Assembly: GCA_015680685.1 (NCBI GenBank)
Contig: MNCI01000472.1
Location: 298,531-362,530, forward strand
DNA: 64,000 nucleotides
Source: Gnetum montanum
Taxonomy: Eukaryota; Plantae; Gnetophyta
Direction: 5' to 3'
Shown here: positions 1 through 11,557 of the stretch, piece after piece
How the letters are laid out: each line of letters opens with the position of its first letter
Position numbering within the stretch: the stretch's first letter is position 1
Program-made: the position numbers and the translations under genes
Notes under the pieces: generated by a model
The model's input: the letters and a program-made list of their open reading frames with translations, nothing else
The model's database searches: none
What the model was told of the DNA's origin: nothing

Positions 1-1830
1 TTGACATGGTAGTGTTGGAAATTTAGATGAACTCTAAGCATCTAGATGAGACTTATTCATCTAGATGCAATATTGGAAATTTCATGATGCCAAAACTGAA
101 AAAAATGAGCTAAGTAATAAAGCTATTAATGGAAGCACTAACCCCATACTAAACCTTTAAACATGTGAGCTCTTCTTATAAGCTTCATGATAGTGATTTG
201 ACCGAGGTGTAGTTTATATTAGAACTTGAAAAGAGTCCACAATACATCAAAGCAATTCTAAATGCTGATGGGGCATAGGATGATGTGGCAACGTAGATAA
301 TTAAGATGAGCCAAAATCATCTAGAGGAGTTAATCTCATCTAGATGAAAAAATAATTTACCAACCTTCCCCTCCCCACACCCCTCCCCCAATAAAGCCAA
401 TCGTTAAGCTACCATTATTTAGCTTTATTTCAATCTCACTCAAATATTTCTTATGAGAGCTTCATCTGTAAGAGTTTGTGGGGGTTGATTTATTTCTGTT
501 AAGCTTTTCCAGCTAGCCATTATGACCATGAGCTAAGAAAATTGATATTGACTTTTTAGACTCTTTTATTTCATCTTTGATATTTCTACTAAGCTTTCTC
601 TTAAACTAATTTTACCTTTATGATTTCAAACCCTAATAGTGAGGAGTTGATGTGATAGGATCAAAAGCTACAAGTTTTCCATTGTATGAGACAAACAAAG
701 CTAAAAGGGCTAGCTTACTAAAGCTCCTTTTTCACAAGTATTCTTGTGGTTAATGAGCTTCCTCTAGTAGTAATCATAAATGTTAGTGTAGTTGGTGTAG
801 GAACACCTCTTTCGATTCCCTTGTGCTTATCCTACAAGTTGTTTTTGCAAATTTTGTGGTTGGAGAAGACCTAGATGCATGTGTTTAGTTTTTGTGTGTG
901 TTCTTATGTTGAGTTTTTATGATGAATATTCTTGGATGTTTTTGCATATGTGGAGGTTTTTGGATTATTTTGATGAGTTTAGGAGGTTCCAAAGTCTATG
1001 GGCACATGTTGGAAGGCATTTGAAGGATCTTGGCATAAAAATAAGCACTTTTATTTTTAGAACTTGTAGAAGAGACACCTCCCTAGAGATGTCTCCCTTG
1101 AAGTATAGATGTCCCAAGTCCAAAGGAGACATCTACCAAAAATAGTAGACATCTCTCCTTAGAGACAAGCTTTCATAGAAGATGTCTATATGAAACCAAA
1201 GATGTCTATGTTGGTGAGGAAAAAAAGCTTCAACATGACATTTCAATTTGGAAACATCCAAAAGACACTAGATCCTTGGAAAACCATCTAGGAAGGTAAA
1301 TAAAAAGCTTCCTAGGATTTGGAAACTCTATAATTATGTATTCATTCATCCATGAGAACAAGAGAAGAGTTGGTATGCAAAAAGAAAGCTTGTATGTAGC
1401 AAGAGTGAGAGAAGATGCTCTAGAAAGTGGAGAGCTAGGTAAGAGAGACTGGGTGAGCACATTGGATGAGTGCAATAGGTGATTGCAATTCCAAGATTAG
1501 TTTGTGGTGTGTTGATCGACGTATTCTACTCCCTTGTATCTCACTTGTGAGGTGAGATCTCATTCCTGGGTTGTGGGAGAGATTTCTATTAGTTGTCTTA
1601 CATTGAGAACAACCATTGTGTGGTTGTAGAGCCTCATGCTTTACAATATTTTTTAAGTGTGATAGGTTTTTGGATGCTTGTGGGTTTTGTGAACCATGAT
1701 GTAATCTTTTGCTAAATTTAATTGAAGTTAGCTAGTTTTCTTATTTTCTAGCAAATGATTTTGTCTTTTCATAATATCTAGATTTAATGCGTTGAATGTG
1801 ATTTATTTGTGGAGTGAACTTGCTCCAACA
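1..1830 (+). repeat. 5' LTR of Ty3/gypsy element A (start probably outside the window)
   Basis: Ends ...CTCCAACA at 1830 just before a tRNA-Met-type PBS; 1470-1830 is repeated at 4851-5211. Confidence 0.75.
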
Positions 1831-1834
1831 TTAT

Positions 1835-1846
1835 TGGTATTGGAGC
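1835..1846 (+). promoter_or_regulatory. Primer binding site (degenerate initiator tRNA-Met type) of element A
   Basis: TGGTATTGGAGC versus canonical TGGTATCAGAGC, 4 nt after the LTR end. Confidence 0.7.
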
Positions 1847-1896
1847 ATAGTTTTATTGTTGCTTGGATTTTGGTTGAGGATTTTGTCAATTTTAAA

Positions 1897-4850
1897 TGAC
1901 ACCCAAGAAGAAATAGGTGCAAGATCTGAATCAAAACATGAAGATCATGAAGTGAACCTTCTAGATGATGGTTGCTCTATTGGATGAAATTAGCACAAAG
2001 GTGGATAGACAAGTTAGTCCTAGCCATATCAAGACATGTAGAGGTGAAGAGCATGTATGTTTAGATGAAGAAGTTTTGCAGCCAAGTGGAAATTGAGTAG
2101 ATGAAGAGGAAGGTTAATCTAGCTAAGTGTAGGAAACCATTAGCCAAGGATTCCAATGAGAGGGTATCTTATTCCTTATAATAACTCCAAGGGCTCCAGC
2201 AGTGCTCAAAACTTCTTCAAGTAAGCTTGACAATGAAGATGAGACAAGGCTTACTAGAGCATATAGAAATGATTCAAAACTTTCATATGTAGAATTGAAG
2301 AGTTTCAATGATGTAGGTGTACCAATGCTTTTGTGAGTTGGCTAAAGGTACTTGAGAAGAATTTTCTATTAGAAGAGGTACCAAATAACTTGAGGGTAGC
2401 TATTGCTAAATCTAGATTAGAAGGTATGACCTCTACATGATGGGAAAAGGAGTTCTAGGATTATGAAATATGAAATGGTCAGCATATTAGAGATTGGGAT
2501 ATGATAAAATATAGGTTTGAAAATAAAATTTGAATAGTCTCGTTGGAGACAAAAAACCATTATGAGGTTAAAATTCCTAAGGCAAGGTGACAAGGACATC
2601 AAAGAATTTTATATCGAATTTTGTGATCTATTCCATCAATTTAAGGTAAATTGGGAGGATTATGAGCAAGTTTCAATCTTTTTAGAAGGTCTCAAAATGG
2701 CATAGCAGCAAGACTTATCCTTTTATGAGCCACAAACCCTTGATGAGGCTTATGATTTGGCACTTAAGGCTAAGAAGAAATTTGGTGGATTTAGAAATTG
2801 GAGCAAGCAAACTTCTAAGGGTAGGAAGAAGGGATCTAGATCTAATAAGAGATCCAAATCAAAATTTGAAGACAAGGAGGATAGCCAAGATAAGAAGACT
2901 AAAGAAGGTGATGAGAAGGGTAAAACTAGGGAGGACCTAAGCAAGGGGGTCAAGGTAGCAACTCATCAAAATTTCAATGCTTCAAGTGTGGAGAATGAGG
3001 ACATAAGCAATGGAAATGTTCACTTTACAAGGTAGCCAAGGGAAAAGATTTGTAAACAATGGAGGTTGAGGAGACATCAAGACAAGCTCTTCAAAGAGGT
3101 AATCCTAATGCTCCAAAATTAAGGATGTTTATAAATTAAATTCTTGTGCATTCATGGAGAATGTCAATAAAGGAGATCATCCTTATAGGAAATTAATGTT
3201 TTGAATTGAGGCTAGTTGTTTCCATAGTGGGGAATGAATTCATGTTTTGAATGATCAGGAAGCCCAAGAAAATGTTATTTCTATTAAGGAAATTACTAGA
3301 TTGGGTTTGGTAACTAATCCTCATCCCATAAGGTGCATTGGTTATCTAAATATTTTTCCCAAGAGGTGAAGGAAGAATGTACTTTGAAATTTAAAATTGG
3401 AATTTTTCATGATGTTGTGAGATGTGATGTGCTTCCAATAGATTGTGTTGATGTAATTCTTAGTAAACCTTGGAATTTTGACAATGGTGCTTAGTTTGAT
3501 GGAGCAAGAAACATGTGGAATGTTGTTAGACTTGATGAAATCCATGATTTGATTCCTATGACAGCTAAATCAGTGAGGTATCAAAGCTCACTTAATGTTT
3601 CCTTAATCTTTCTAAGAGAGAGAAAATATATTAAGGAACATGATGAAACCAATTTTTCTTTTGTTGTTATGATAACAATTGCTACTAATCATGAGGATGT
3701 GTAGGTTGAACTTCCTACAAGTGTGCTAGGCTTGAAGAAGAAGTTTTCCAAGGTGTTCAAAGGGCAATTAGATAGACTACCATGGAAGAGGAATGTACAG
3801 CATCATATTGACTTCATTCTTGGTGCTACTATTCCAAATGAGAGAACTTACCAAATGGCACCAAATTAGAGGGCTAAATTGCAAAGGCAAGTAGAGGGGT
3901 TACTTGCAAATGGCTTCATGAGGGGATCCAATTCACCTTGTGTAGTTACAATAGTGCTAGTGCCAAAGAATGACAATGATGAATTGAGGATGTGCATTGA
4001 TTCTAGGGTAGTGAACAAGATAATAGTGAGGTACAAGTTTCCTATTCCAAGGATGGATGATATCCATGTTGTCCTTATTAATGTTGAAATTTTTAGCAAA
4101 ATTGATTTGAAGAGTGAGTACCATCAAATTAGAATTAGGCCTAGTGATGAGTGGAAGATAGCTTTAAAAACACAAAATGAATTATTTGAGTGGTTGGTGA
4201 TGCCATTTAGGCTCATGAATGCACCTGCTACATTCATGAGGTTGATGCATGATGTATTAAATAACTTGATTGGTAAGTGTTTTATTATCTTTTTTGATGA
4301 TATTTTGGTGTATAGCTCTAATGATAAAGAACACTTGAATCACTTGAGGATGGTGTGCCTTAAGTTGAAGGAGGCATAGTTGGTGACCAATGTGAAAAAA
4401 AGTCATTTCTTCAAGAGGAAAATCACATATTTGAAACATGTGATTTCTAAAAATGAGATTTGGATGGAAGCTAGTAAGGTGAATGCTATAAGGGATTGGC
4501 CAACTCCTAAGAATGGTGGGGAGGTAAGATCATTCCTTGTTTAGGAAGTTTTTATAGATGATTCATCAAAAATTTTCATGGTATTTTGTGGCCTATGTTT
4601 GCTTTGTTAAAGAAAAATAAGAAATTTAGGTGGAATAAAAAAACCCAAGGGAGCTTTGACTTGTTGAAACAAAATATTACTAGTGAATCAGTGCCTGCAA
4701 TTCTAGATTTTCATAAACTTTTTCAAGTGGAGGTGGATGCAAGTGGAGTTACCATTGGTGGGGCACTTTCACAAGAAGGTAGGCCTGTTGCTTTTCTTTT
4801 TTTTGAAAAGTTAATGAGTCAAGGAAAAAATATAGCATATATGAGAAGGA
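1897..4850 (+). pseudogene. Degraded gag-protease-RT-partial RNase H of CRM-like chromovirus A
   Basis: ORF 3879-4379 has RT motifs (SPCVVTIVLVPK, RMCIDSRVVNK, YKFPIPRMDD, FFDDILVYS); 4586-4888 has RNase H start (FQVEVDASGVTIGGALSQEGRPVAF); many stops and frameshifts. Confidence 0.9.
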
Positions 4851-5211
4851 GTGAAATAGGTAATTGTAGCTCCCATATCAGTTTGTGATGTGTTGATCTA
4901 TGTGTTCTACTCTCTTGTATGTCACTTGTGAGTTGAGATCTTAGTCTTGGGTTATGGGAGAGATTTCTATTGGTTGTGTCTTTCATTGAGAACAACCATT
5001 ATGTGGTTGTAGAGCCTCATGCTCTACAATATCGTTTGAATGTGATAATTTTTTAATGTTGCAGTTTATGTGAACCCTAATGTAATCTTCTGATAATTTT
5101 AATTGAAGTTAGCAAGTTTTCTTATTTTCTAGAAATTAATTTTGTCTTTTCATAATACTTGAATTTAGTGCATTGAAGGTGATTTTCTTGTGGAGTGAAC
5201 CTACTCGAGTA
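4851..5211 (+). repeat. Truncated 3' LTR of element A, fused directly to RNase H
   Basis: Colinear with 1470-1830; integrase, PPT and the rest of the LTR are missing. Confidence 0.85.
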
Positions 5212-6694
5212 GTGCATATTATGCCTTTATAAAAATTTTATTCATTGCAAATTAAGGCCAAAAAGGAACTTAGAATTGAAACTTTAGCTTATGTGCAATA
5301 AGCTTAAAAGGAGCATTTTTTAACTTATCTTTGGGCTTGTTCCCCATCAGCTGATACTTTAAAAATCCTTTGATATTCATTCTGTACATATCCTTTTTGT
5401 TCTTCAAAAAAACTCAAAGAAATTGGTGTATGGATATTTATCATAAATTTGATTAAATCAAAACCTAAAGAGGATGAACTCACTCTTTGAGTTTAAGCTT
5501 TTCTTTCCTTAAAATGCATAAAGCGTTTTCAACAAGATAATTACTTAAAGTCTTGCTCCATTAAATGGTCAAAATGTAACAAAACTAGGCATCGATTTGA
5601 ACAATACCAAATCAATATTATTGCTAACATATCAATTTTCACTAATGTCATGATAGGAATCAATATGATTGTTAACCACTAGTTGTTGCTCCAGTGATTG
5701 AAATCAATATATTTGTTCTCATCTTGTGCAACATTAATCCAGCAATAAAGTTTTATAAGTTTGCAAAAAATTCTAGAGAGCTTGTCACAGCTATCTTGCC
5801 CCAATGATAAAGTTCAGCATGCATAAATAGGATCTTGATTCTAATCATACTAGGTAACATCCAATGATAGCATTATTTTTATAAGTGATTTCTTGCCATT
5901 GGGGCTAGATCATGAGCATTTTAATTTATGACTTTTGCTACTTATATTCTACTATTGATCTCTAATAAATATTGGTACTAGTAACAATTTTATTTCACCA
6001 AATTTGTTAAAATAATTAACCTAACCTTACCTACAAAATAAGGTTATTAAAGCTGAACTTGCATATGGAACAACTATGAGTAGGCATACCAAGTATAATG
6101 AAATTAACTTTACTCTTCATGAACCATTTTTTGGATGAATTTTTCAAATTTGAATTAGGAAATGTAGATGTAATACTAAAAATGTCAATTTTTCAAAAAT
6201 TTAATATTACTACCCACTTTGGGACCCATGTATTAATAGTACCAACTAATGATGAAGTTAGGATTTTAAGGGAGGCAAGAACATCAAAGATGATTCACAC
6301 CATAATCATCAAATAGGCCAAAAAACCTATTTAAAAAAGGCACTACTATGTTCATTGTAAAAGTAACTCAACCTAAAAGACATATAGACATTGAAATTTT
6401 AAAAGAACTAAAGGAATATAGAAATTTGATATTCAATGAAACTAGAAAATTAGTACGTAAAAAAACTATAAAAGATGTGATTAATATCTTTCAAGGAATA
6501 GAACTAGCATCAAAAGCCTCTTACTAGTTTTCCACCTTGAAACTAAGAAAATTACACATAAAATTAGATTAATTATTAGAGAAAAAGAAAATACATCTTA
6601 GATTTTTACCTTGGGAAGCATCAATCTTGTTTGTTAAGAAGAAGGATGGTACCTTATGGTCATGCATTGATTATAGAATGTTAAACAAGGTAAT
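5212..6694 (+). pseudogene. Chromovirus element B segment 1 (gag end, protease, RT start)
   Basis: Decayed zinc knuckle near 5570, protease remnant near 5960-6200, RT start [24 protein letters not shown] ending at the C insertion. Confidence 0.8.
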
Positions 6695-6780
6695 TGATGA
6701 GACGTGATTTGCACTAGGCCGTGATATCGCATCTTCTCTTGCGATATCGCATACGCGATATCGCGTCCCGCCGCCATTTC

Positions 6781-6787
6781 TATAAAT
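6781..6787 (+). promoter_or_regulatory. TATA box of the C LTR
   Basis: CTATAAATAAG directly after the palindromic GCGATATCGC repeats; candidate poly(A) signal AATAAA at 6955-6960. Confidence 0.7.
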
Positions 6788-6898
6788 AAGAGGCGGCACT
6801 CCCTTCATTTCCCAATCCTGGCTAGTGTAGCGAAGCTCTGGCAGATTGATCACTCCAGAGTTAGAATTTTTCCCCATGTGCCCGCAGTAGGAGTCCTA

Positions 6899-7453
6899 GA
6901 GTGAACGGCTCTTTATTCGAGCAGCTTGTAACCTGAACCCAAGTTGTGTACGGCAATAAAGACGAACTTGTTTGGATAAACCTTGCAGCACGTGGTTTCA
7001 TTTATTGCTTTATTTCCTGCTTTCCTAGTGCGTTCAAGTACGACTTGATTACGAGCGTCTACGGACGTGTACGGCTAGTCAAGGAATCGGCTGCTTGACG
7101 CAATGCATGAGTACGACTCAATTACGAGCATTGGATGCTTGGTAACCCAGTAGCGTATTCCAGGATTCTGCGCTTGGTAACTCCCGGGTCTAATGTGTAC
7201 GGCTAGTTGAGGAATCGGCTGCTCATTGCTAGGCTAGATCGTGTGATAAGTACGACTTAGTTACGAGCACCCACGGGTGTGTACGGCTGGCTAAGGAATC
7301 GGCTGCTTATCACACGTAGGCTAAATAGGTGCCTCAGTACGACCACTTCGAGCACTTGCGTTACGTGTGGCGATCCCAGTAACGATTAGCGTTTGGTAAG
7401 CTGCAGTTGCATAGTTCAGGGTGTGTCCGGTAAGTGGGAACGGATGCTGACGC
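6899..7453 (+). ncRNA. Putative cis-acting structured RNA array in the C 5' LTR (5 hairpins, 10 copies of one internal loop)
   Basis: Hairpins at 6899-6969, 7029-7102, 7105-7229, 7240-7316 and 7331-7453; loops conserved, stems covary, G-U pairs favour the + strand. Confidence 0.75.
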
Positions 7454-7735
7454 TAGTTAATTTAGACTTAGATCTTAGTTAGAGTTAGTTTAGTTTTCTC
7501 AACCCTTTCTCCTGGTAGCATAGAAGATAAGCCAAAAATACCAAAAAAATCACATACCTCAGACTTGCTTAACCATACACCGTGACACTTACAAGCAAGC
7601 CTGGGAAGACAACGAACGATTAACCCCAAGTGTTTCTTGTGGTGTTAAGGCATTTAGTCTGCGGAGTTCGACCGGATCGCGCGTGCACGCTCGTATTCGT
7701 ATGGTTGAGTGTAGGGGTACCTCGCCACTCATCAT

Positions 7736-7753
7736 TGGCGCCGTTGCCGGGGA
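7736..7753 (+). promoter_or_regulatory. PBS complementary to tRNA-Asp (Athila type)
   Basis: TGGCGCCGTTGCCGGGGA, 1 nt after the LTR end. Confidence 0.92.
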
Positions 7754-7856
7754 CTAAGTGTTTTTACGCCAATTGAACATAAGGGATATCACTCACATCG
7801 TTGTGAGCCTAAAACGAACCTTAGGGTTAATCAGTTAATTCAGAACATAAATAACG

Positions 7857-10800
7857 GTGAAAATTAGCACACCATTAGAAATGGCTTCTTCTCATGCAAT
7901 CAACTCACCTAAGGACAATACAGGAGAAAGTCAGGATCATACGCATAACCGAAATCAACCATGTCCTCAACAATCCAAAGTCACATATACTCATCCCGAT
8001 GAGTATGTGCCGGATTTTACCTTTGTTTTCCATCAAGATGAGCAACTGCGGTGGAGAGACATGCAAGGTAACATCGTGTTACCCCCAGATCGCTCTGCTC
8101 CCAACATGCTTTTCCGTGCCTTGGTACAGATTGGCATGCATGAGCTGTTCGCTGAATACGTTTTGGATGACTATGACACAAGGGATTATCATCCCACAAA
8201 TGCCCAACGTATTCGGGATGCAAGGCAGGAGAGCCAACATTCACTATTGAAGGGCAAGGTTCCCCACGTCATTAGTGAAATAGGAGAAGAGGAACCCCTC
8301 ACGATGGGTTTCTTAGAAAATGATGTTCCTCCTCCTCACTCTAGTGAAGAGGTTAGGCATCAGGGCCTTAGATCAACGATACATATTCCAGGCTCTGATC
8401 CCCGTGAGCACCAGCTGTTCACGGCAGGAACAATCACTCGCACTAATGACGGACTCGTTGATCGTCACAACGATCGGGGCCGAAGCAGCCGAAGAGAAGG
8501 CAAGAAACATCACCATGGTGATGGATCCCCTTCTTCTTCCCCTTCATCACATCATTCACCCTCTCCTTCCACATCTGGGCGCAGCCACCATGAGCATAAC
8601 GCGGAAAGTAAAGGTAGAAGAGATGAAATGCCTCGACAAGAAGGTCGAGAGGAGTTAGGACAAGGACAAGGACGTAGGGAGAATAGGGAACCACAACGTA
8701 GACATCACAGACGTCATGAAAGAGATGATCATGACGAACCCCTATTCGCAACCCGAAGTATGCTTGACATTAGAGAGGCAGTTAGGATTCCCACAAGGCA
8801 TTTGAAAGACAGTAGGATCAAGCGTTTGGATATAAATAATATCCCACGTTTTGAAGGGGGATACAACGCTGATCCTCAACATCATTTACAGGCATTCCAC
8901 GACGCCTGTGCCTTGCAGAACATAGACAATGAGTGGCAGAAACTCAAGTTGTTCCCAAGGACACTCACTAAAGAAGCGGAAAGCTGGTACCGGTCCTTAG
9001 AACCGGAAACCATCAGGAGGTGGAGTACGATGCTCGAATTGTTCAACAACAAATATCAAACGTACTCCAGAGTGTCTAACTTGCGTAAGCAGATCCAAGG
9101 CTGGAAACAAGGAGCTCATGAATCCTTGGATGCTGCCATGGCCCGTTACTACACATTGCTACATCGTTGCCCGGGCCATGGGTACGCTAAGCGGGATCAA
9201 CTTCGCCACCTCGTGGATGGGCTACGAAATGAAACGAGAAGAACTCTTGGGACTTACGCCCAAGGGAGACTCTCCCAACTAAGAGCCCATGAAGTTGAAG
9301 TATTGTTGGAACAAGTAGCGCAAGAAGAGGGTGAGCTACGGAAAAGAGAAAGTGCGGAGGAATACAACCGTGATCCCTCCCTTCGTAAGAAGGGAGTGAA
9401 ATTCTGTGATGAGGAGGATGAGTCACCACTCGAAGAGTTGGTGAACAGGAAAACTGTGCCGATCCAAAAGTTAACAACGGAGGTATCGGCTAAGGTAGAC
9501 CAAATGTGGGATTCCTTAGACTCACGAATAGAAACAGTCCTGAAAATAGTAGAAGAGTCTAAGGATGAGCAAAGTAGTGATAAAAGCAAGAACATGCGGA
9601 GAAACTTTAACCCTGCACATAACAAGGGTAAGGGAAAAATCTCTAACTCCGATGAGGCTGAAAATTCTGATTCAGACAATGACGGTGGATGTGAGGTCTG
9701 CTATTATGACCATCCTAAGGGATGTTGTCCAATTATCTCACATCTGCAGGAGTCTGGGGTGTATGCATTAAATCCAAGACTTAATCAACGGCAAACACCC
9801 AGAAGGTTACCTTATCCACAAGGTAACCCGAGGCAGTTCCACCAACCCTTGACGTATTATCCAAGTGGAACACCTCCGCAGCCCATCGAGCAACATCAGC
9901 AGTGGCAATACCCACAGTCATGGGGGATGCCACAGCCAACACATCGATACCCTTACCGGCAGCCTGATCCTTATGGTTATTATGTGCAGCAGCCAGTTTC
10001 TCCAGGTGACGCTATGAGTCACACTCCACGCCGTCACTACTACGCTCGGGAGTACTTCAGAAGGACTCCTTCTCCTCCGGGAGACATTCCACATTCTGTC
10101 CATCCTCTAACTCCACCCGCACCTTTTCCTCAAGTAGTTCCCATAACACCTCCTGCTCCAACAATGCAAGGGGAATTACCTACCCAACCGCAGCAACGTC
10201 ACGCCGCGAGATCTGTAAATATTCAGAGTGTAAATATCCAACCGGACACTAGTTCTGGCGATAACTGTACAAAAAGGAGACCCTTTTTCAGAACTAGGAG
10301 CCCGGATAGGCTCTCGCAACAACAAGCGGACGGGTATATGTATAGGCCTCTAACTACTAACACTTCGGAGCACCCTTCAGTCCAAGGGAATGTAACGCAT
10401 ACGGTTATGCTAACACATACCGTAACTGACTGGATCAAGGTAGGCCACCTTCCCAGGAAACTAACTGATCCTGGGAGTCCCTTTATTCATTTGCAGATCG
10501 CTGGGAATGCACCACATCGAGCTCTTCTTGACTCAGGTTCCGGAGTCAACTTAATTTCGCGAAAGATGTATCACGCCTGGAACCTGCCCCAACTTAAGAA
10601 GAGCAACATCCAACTAGAGCTGGCAGACCAGTCCATCACTATTCCCTTGGGTTTGGTGGAGGACGTTATCACCACTGTGTGTGGTTGGTCCTACCCAGCG
10701 GATTTCCTAGTGATCGATGTTAACAACAACGAAGGGGACTTCCCAATTATAATGGGAAGGGCATGGCTAAGCACAGTAGATGCATGCCTTAGGATCCGTG

Positions 10801-11225
10801 ATCTTTCCTTGGAAATCTCCAAGATAAACATATGTGGAAAGATCGAGAAGAGGATAGTTCCATGCATCACATACAGTGATTCATCGGGTGATGACACGGA
10901 GGAAATGTCTCCATGTCACAGGTGTGCCCAGGAAACTCTGCAACAAAGATGCCTGTATGTAGCAACCACACAAGAAGTAGTAGACACCCCGTGGTTGACA
11001 GCTTCTCATAAGAGCAAACAAATATGCATGGAACGAACTGAGGAAACTCATGCCAACAACCGTGGCATAGATACATTGGAACGTGAGCGTCGCCAACTTC
11101 CAACCCTGAATTTAAGATCATCAATTGGGAGAAGTTGGGCACTGCTTAGAAATTCAAATAGGCGCTCACTACTTCGGATCTCTCCCTCACAACTCAGTCA
11201 TGGGGGAGATGGCCACCTATGCTAA
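7857..11225 (+). CDS. gag: Intact Gag-aspartic protease polyprotein of C (first ATG at 7881)
   Basis: 1122-codon ORF: retrotransposon Gag core (IPRFEG..DPQHHL..F, LKLFPRTL..EAESWY, QGAHESL..A..RY), CxxCxxxHxxxxC knuckle (CEVCYYDHPKGCC), Athila-type KLTDPGSP and protease ALLDSGSGVNLI...PIIMGRAWL; no RT motifs. Confidence 0.92.
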   Translation: MKISTPLEMASSHAINSPKDNTGESQDHTHNRNQPCPQQSKVTYTHPDEYVPDFTFVFHQDEQLRWRDMQGNIVLPPDRSAPNMLFRALVQIGMHELFAEYVLDDYDTRDYHPTNAQRIRDARQESQHSLLKGKVPHVISEIGEEEPLTMGFLENDVPPPHSSEEVRHQGLRSTIHIPGSDPREHQLFTAGTITRTNDGLVDRHNDRGRSSRREGKKHHHGDGSPSSSPSSHHSPSPSTSGRSHHEHNAESKGRRDEMPRQEGREELGQGQGRRENREPQRRHHRRHERDDHDEPLFATRSMLDIREAVRIPTRHLKDSRIKRLDINNIPRFEGGYNADPQHHLQAFHDACALQNIDNEWQKLKLFPRTLTKEAESWYRSLEPETIRRWSTMLELFNNKYQTYSRVSNLRKQIQGWKQGAHESLDAAMARYYTLLHRCPGHGYAKRDQLRHLVDGLRNETRRTLGTYAQGRLSQLRAHEVEVLLEQVAQEEGELRKRESAEEYNRDPSLRKKGVKFCDEEDESPLEELVNRKTVPIQKLTTEVSAKVDQMWDSLDSRIETVLKIVEESKDEQSSDKSKNMRRNFNPAHNKGKGKISNSDEAENSDSDNDGGCEVCYYDHPKGCCPIISHLQESGVYALNPRLNQRQTPRRLPYPQGNPRQFHQPLTYYPSGTPPQPIEQHQQWQYPQSWGMPQPTHRYPYRQPDPYGYYVQQPVSPGDAMSHTPRRHYYAREYFRRTPSPPGDIPHSVHPLTPPAPFPQVVPITPPAPTMQGELPTQPQQRHAARSVNIQSVNIQPDTSSGDNCTKRRPFFRTRSPDRLSQQQADGYMYRPLTTNTSEHPSVQGNVTHTVMLTHTVTDWIKVGHLPRKLTDPGSPFIHLQIAGNAPHRALLDSGSGVNLISRKMYHAWNLPQLKKSNIQLELADQSITIPLGLVEDVITTVCGWSYPADFLVIDVNNNEGDFPIIMGRAWLSTVDACLRIRDLSLEISKINICGKIEKRIVPCITYSDSSGDDTEEMSPCHRCAQETLQQRCLYVATTQEVVDTPWLTASHKSKQICMERTEETHANNRGIDTLERERRQLPTLNLRSSIGRSWALLRNSNRRSLLRISPSQLSHGGDGHLC

Positions 11226-11557
11226 TCATATGGGGCCCTCAGTTCTTTTTCAGTTTTTGTTTTACACATTTTTGTTTTACAACGTTTTTGTTTTTCACAT
11301 TTTTGTTTTACAATTTCTTTAACTTTTCTAATTTTTGTTTTACAAATTTCTTTAACTTTTCTTGTTTTTGTTTTACAACATCGTTATATTTTTCTATCTT
11401 TTTGTGTGTGTGTGTGTGTGTGTCATCCATCATGTAAATTCGTCACCCAATAAGTGTTCGGGCCGATGGGATGAACTGTTTTTCATTAATTGCTAATGTT
11501 TGGTTTTTACCTTTAAGTTACATTGTTGATACTAAGGTATGTTCTTTTGATATGGCA

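Larger units (their letters stand above)
6695..7734 (+). repeat. 5' LTR of C (1040 bp)
   Basis: About 97% identical to 13224-14243 by eye (about 30 substitutions, mostly transitions, plus one 20-bp indel in the GCGATATCGC repeats). Confidence 0.97.

Noticed and set aside
7333-7445. Resemblance to the rRNA sarcin-ricin loop (CTCAGTACGA...GGAAC) or to a known small ribozyme
   Set aside because: No flanking rRNA homology; no CUGANGA/GAAA hammerhead core or hairpin-ribozyme loop sequences on either strand; any similarity is motif-level only.
7029-7453. CRISPR-like repeat-spacer reading of the TACGA / GAATCGGCTG repeats
   Set aside because: Eukaryotic LTR context, no cas genes, and the variable segments are mutually complementary stems rather than spacers.
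7894-11142. Short overlapping ORFs in other frames of C gag, and similar small ORFs across the window
   Set aside because: Shadow ORFs of coding or low-complexity sequence with no independent support.
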